Source: Chloroflexota bacterium
GTDB taxonomy: Bacteria; Chloroflexota; UBA6077; FW602-bin22; JAMCYS01
Assembly: GCA_023473795.1 (NCBI GenBank)
Contig: JAMCYS010000129.1
Coordinates: forward strand, 39,035-103,034
DNA length: 64,000 nt
Direction of reading: 5' to 3'
The notes under the pieces were generated by a model that made no database searches, was not told the DNA's origin, and saw only the letters and a program-made list of their open reading frames with translations. The first letter of the stretch is position 1, and every line of letters starts with the position of its first letter. Both the position numbers and the translations under genes were made by a program. This document shows positions 61,499 to 64,000 of the stretch, one piece after another.

Positions 61499-61528
61499 AG
61501 TATACACAGAGAAACATCAGGCTGTCAA
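61499..61528 (-). promoter_or_regulatory. Sigma70-type promoter with no adjacent credible ORF
   Basis: Minus strand TTGACA-N18-TATACT with TG extension. Confidence 0.6.
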
Positions 61529-61756
61529 GCTCCCTGTAACTGACTGCGGTGCCTCCGCGGTGTCGTCGCGGTGTCATGTGCGCCCCCGGGTGACTTTCGG
61601 GAGGTCGACGCTACAATAAACGTCGAAGCCTCGGCCTCCTGGGATGCCGGCGCCACAGCCCAGCCTGGCCTAGCGGAACCAAGCCGGCTCGGTTGCTTGA
61701 CTCCGTGCCGTCCCGCTAGCTATCATTTCCCTAGGGAACAGCACGGGAGGCAAAGC

Positions 61757-62689
61757 GTGGGTAAGATATTGATCGGCACCTGCTCCTGGACCGACAAGGA
61801 ACTGGTCAGCAGCGCCACGTTCTATCCGCACACGAGCATGTCCGCGGAGGAACGATTGCGCTTCTATGCCGAACAGTTCCCCTTGGTGGAGGTAGACAGC
61901 ACCTACTACGCGTTGCCCAGCGAGCGCACCGCTGCCGTGTGGGCAGAGCGCACTCCGCCCGATTTCACCTTCGACGTCAAGGCTTTCCGCCTCTTCACCG
62001 GCCACTGGGCGGATAAGGCCGCCTTTCCTCGCGATCTGCACCAGGAGATCGGGGAGGTTCCAAGCGGCAAGCGAGGCTTCTACTACCGTGACGTGACCGA
62101 ACCGGTTAAGGAAGAGCTATGGCGCCGCTTTCGCGATTCCCTGGTGCCGCTGCGGGCAGCCGGCAAGTTGGGCCTGGTACTGTTGCAGTACCCCGCTTGG
62201 GTCTTTCCCGGACCACAGAGCAAGGACCTTATCCTCAAAGCGAAAGAGGAGCTGGCGGCCGATAGCCTGGCGGTGGAGTTCCGGCACCATTCCTGGCTGG
62301 ACGAGAAGCACCGCGCCGACACCCTGCGCTTCTTGCGAGAGAACAATCTGACTTTCGTCACCGTGGACGAGCCGCAAGGCTTCCCTTCCTCGATGCCGCC
62401 GGTGGCAGTCGCCACCTCGGATACGGCCTACGTGCGCTTCCACGGCCGCAACGCGGCCACCTGGCAGGCGAAGGCCGAGAGTTCCGCCAGCCGCTTCGAC
62501 TGGTACTACACCTCCGCGGAGATGGGCGAGTGGGTGCCGAAGATCCGCGAGCTGCAGGCAGAAGCCAGGACCGTACACGCCTTGATGAACACGAACCGCG
62601 GCGACCAGGGGCCGGCCAACGCCCGCCTGCTGGCCAGCCTGTTACAGGTCCCGCTGGGCGCGGACCACCAGGACTTGTTCCACCCGTAG
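61757..62689 (+). CDS. DUF72 (YecE-like) family protein
   Basis: Start GTG 61757 after GGAGG. IGTCSW, YAEQFPLVEVDSTYY, FDVKA, AVEFRH, YVRFHGRN. Confidence 0.9.
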   Translation: MGKILIGTCSWTDKELVSSATFYPHTSMSAEERLRFYAEQFPLVEVDSTYYALPSERTAAVWAERTPPDFTFDVKAFRLFTGHWADKAAFPRDLHQEIGEVPSGKRGFYYRDVTEPVKEELWRRFRDSLVPLRAAGKLGLVLLQYPAWVFPGPQSKDLILKAKEELAADSLAVEFRHHSWLDEKHRADTLRFLRENNLTFVTVDEPQGFPSSMPPVAVATSDTAYVRFHGRNAATWQAKAESSASRFDWYYTSAEMGEWVPKIRELQAEARTVHALMNTNRGDQGPANARLLASLLQVPLGADHQDLFHP

Positions 62690-62902
62690 CAGCCAGTCCC
62701 ACTGACGCGGAACGCCCGCCGCGAGAAAACGGGCGTCCCCTGCCAATACGGTCGCCTGCTCCCATCAGCCTACCACCATCTCTCTCGCTCGGTCCGCCGT
62801 ACAGCTGCCGGCCGATGGTACGTTTCTTGCGAAGCTCAGCTTGTGGGCGCACTTGCCCCGCTAGGTAAGCTGCGCCCACAGCAACTCGGCCACGGGGGCG
62901 CC

Positions 62903-64000
62903 ATGGACGGCTGGCAGGGTTTCTTCGGCCCCAACGCGGGCTACGTGGCGGAGCTCTACGAACGGTACCAGCGCGACTCTGCTGCCGTAGACGAGGCCAC
63001 GCGGGCCTTCTTCTCCCACTGGCAACCGCCTACAGTCTCCCCGGCACCGACGGTCGCGGGCGCGCCGGCCGACCTGGATAAGGCAGTTGCCGTAGCCAAC
63101 CTGGCGGGCGCCATTCGTGCCTTCGGCCACCTCGACTCGCACCTCGACCCCTTGGGTACCCCGCCGCACGGCGACCCCGCGCTGCGGCCGGAAAACCATG
63201 GGTTGAGCGAGGCCGACCTCGCCGCGCTGCCGGCCGAGCTAGTGGGCGGTCCGGCGGCCGCGGGTGCCGCCAACGCCGCCGAGGCCATCACCCGCCTGCG
63301 CCGCCTCTACTGCGGCAGCAGCGGCTACGAGTACGACCACGTCCACGGCGACGCCGAGCGCTCCTGGCTGCGCGACGCCGTGGAGTCGGGGCGCTATGCC
63401 CAGCCGCTGGCGCCTGACGAGGCCAAGCGCCTCTTGGAGCGTCTCACCGAGGTCGAAGGGTTCGAGCGTTACCTGCAGCGCACCTTTCCCGGCCAGACCC
63501 GCTTCTCGCTCGAGGGGCTGGACATGCTGGTGCCGATGCTGGACAGCATAGTGGCGGACGCGGCGCGGGCGGACGTCTGCGAGGTAATGCTGGCGATGGC
63601 CCACCGGGGACGCTTGAACGTGCTGGCCCACGTCCTCGGCAAGCCGTACTCACTTATCCTGGCCGAGTTCGAGGGCGCGGTGCGCAACAAAGGCGTCGCG
63701 CCGGCCCAGGGGGGGCTGGGCGGCTGGACGGGAGACGTCAAGTACCACCTGGGCGGCACAATGCCCTACCGGGAAGGGGAGTACGTCACGATCGTGGCCA
63801 CGATGGCGCCGAACCCAAGCCACCTGGAAGCGATCAACCCCGTGGCCGAGGGTATGGCCCGAGCCTCCGACGAGGGCACCGACCAGGCGGGACCGCCGGA
63901 GTTCTACCCCAACGCGGCGCTGCCCGTCGTTATCCACGGCGACGCCGCCTTCTCCGCGCAAGGGGTAGTCGCCGAGACCCTCGCCCTCTCCGGACTAGCC
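62903..64000 (+). CDS. sucA: 2-oxoglutarate dehydrogenase E1 (3'-truncated by window edge; missing from the ORF track)
   Basis: Read by hand in frame from ATG 62903: FFGPNAGYVAELY, RFSLEGLDML, MAHRGRLNVL, GWTGDVKYHLG, NPSHLE, ThDP motif HGDAAF..QGVVAETL. Confidence 0.95.
   Translation, partial: MDGWQGFFGPNAGYVAELYERYQRDSAAVDEATRAFFSHWQPPTVSPAPTVAGAPADLDKAVAVANLAGAIRAFGHLDSHLDPLGTPPHGDPALRPENHGLSEADLAALPAELVGGPAAAGAANAAEAITRLRRLYCGSSGYEYDHVHGDAERSWLRDAVESGRYAQPLAPDEAKRLLERLTEVEGFERYLQRTFPGQTRFSLEGLDMLVPMLDSIVADAARADVCEVMLAMAHRGRLNVLAHVLGKPYSLILAEFEGAVRNKGVAPAQGGLGGWTGDVKYHLGGTMPYREGEYVTIVATMAPNPSHLEAINPVAEGMARASDEGTDQAGPPEFYPNAALPVVIHGDAAFSAQGVVAETLALSGLA

Overview
High-GC bacterial chromosome segment, most likely Chloroflexota. 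That call is inferred from an RpoD region-3 insertion of the Chloroflexi type, Tat-lipoprotein sugar-binding proteins with Pro/Ala linkers, the dnaB-DnaD-like-DnaC-like arrangement and an AcsE with a C-terminal extension. The window is mostly housekeeping and metabolic. In order it holds: 3' part of mutL; two tandem paralogous 74-aa genes; an acetyl-CoA synthase / corrinoid Fe-S cluster (acsB-acsD-acsC-cooC/acsF-GNAT-acsV-acsE) with no CO dehydrogenase gene; hpt and a 5'-nucleotidase; hom-(coiled-coil)-thrC-lysC-mrdA-rodA-gcvH-gcvPA-gcvPB-oppA-like; rplI-dnaB-DnaD-like-DnaC-like; glyQS-ppdK-dgt-CPBP-dnaG-rpoD-birA; a GntR-regulated sugar-type ABC cluster with a URO-D-family gene; a GDP-mannose pyrophosphorylase/PMM-like fusion; sbcD; a lipid kinase; an ECF sigma/anti-sigma pair; a LigD phosphoesterase plus macrodomain pair; a second sugar-type ABC cluster; DUF72; and the 5' part of sucA. 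I saw no rRNA, tRNA, CRISPR array, transposase or phage gene. The best leads are: (1) a consensus-promoter-driven, fold-back RNA or 26-aa ORF between rpoD and birA; (2) a Pat-like GNAT acetyltransferase inside a CODH-less acs operon; (3) a 937-bp tandem duplication of the glyQS 3' end, possibly an assembly artefact; (4) tandem 74-aa paralogues; (5) a translationally coupled 3'-phosphoesterase + macrodomain pair; (6) a promoter-driven, hairpin-rich region at 61.0-61.5 kb. All family assignments come from motif recognition by eye, not database searches, and several start codons were re-chosen from RBS context.
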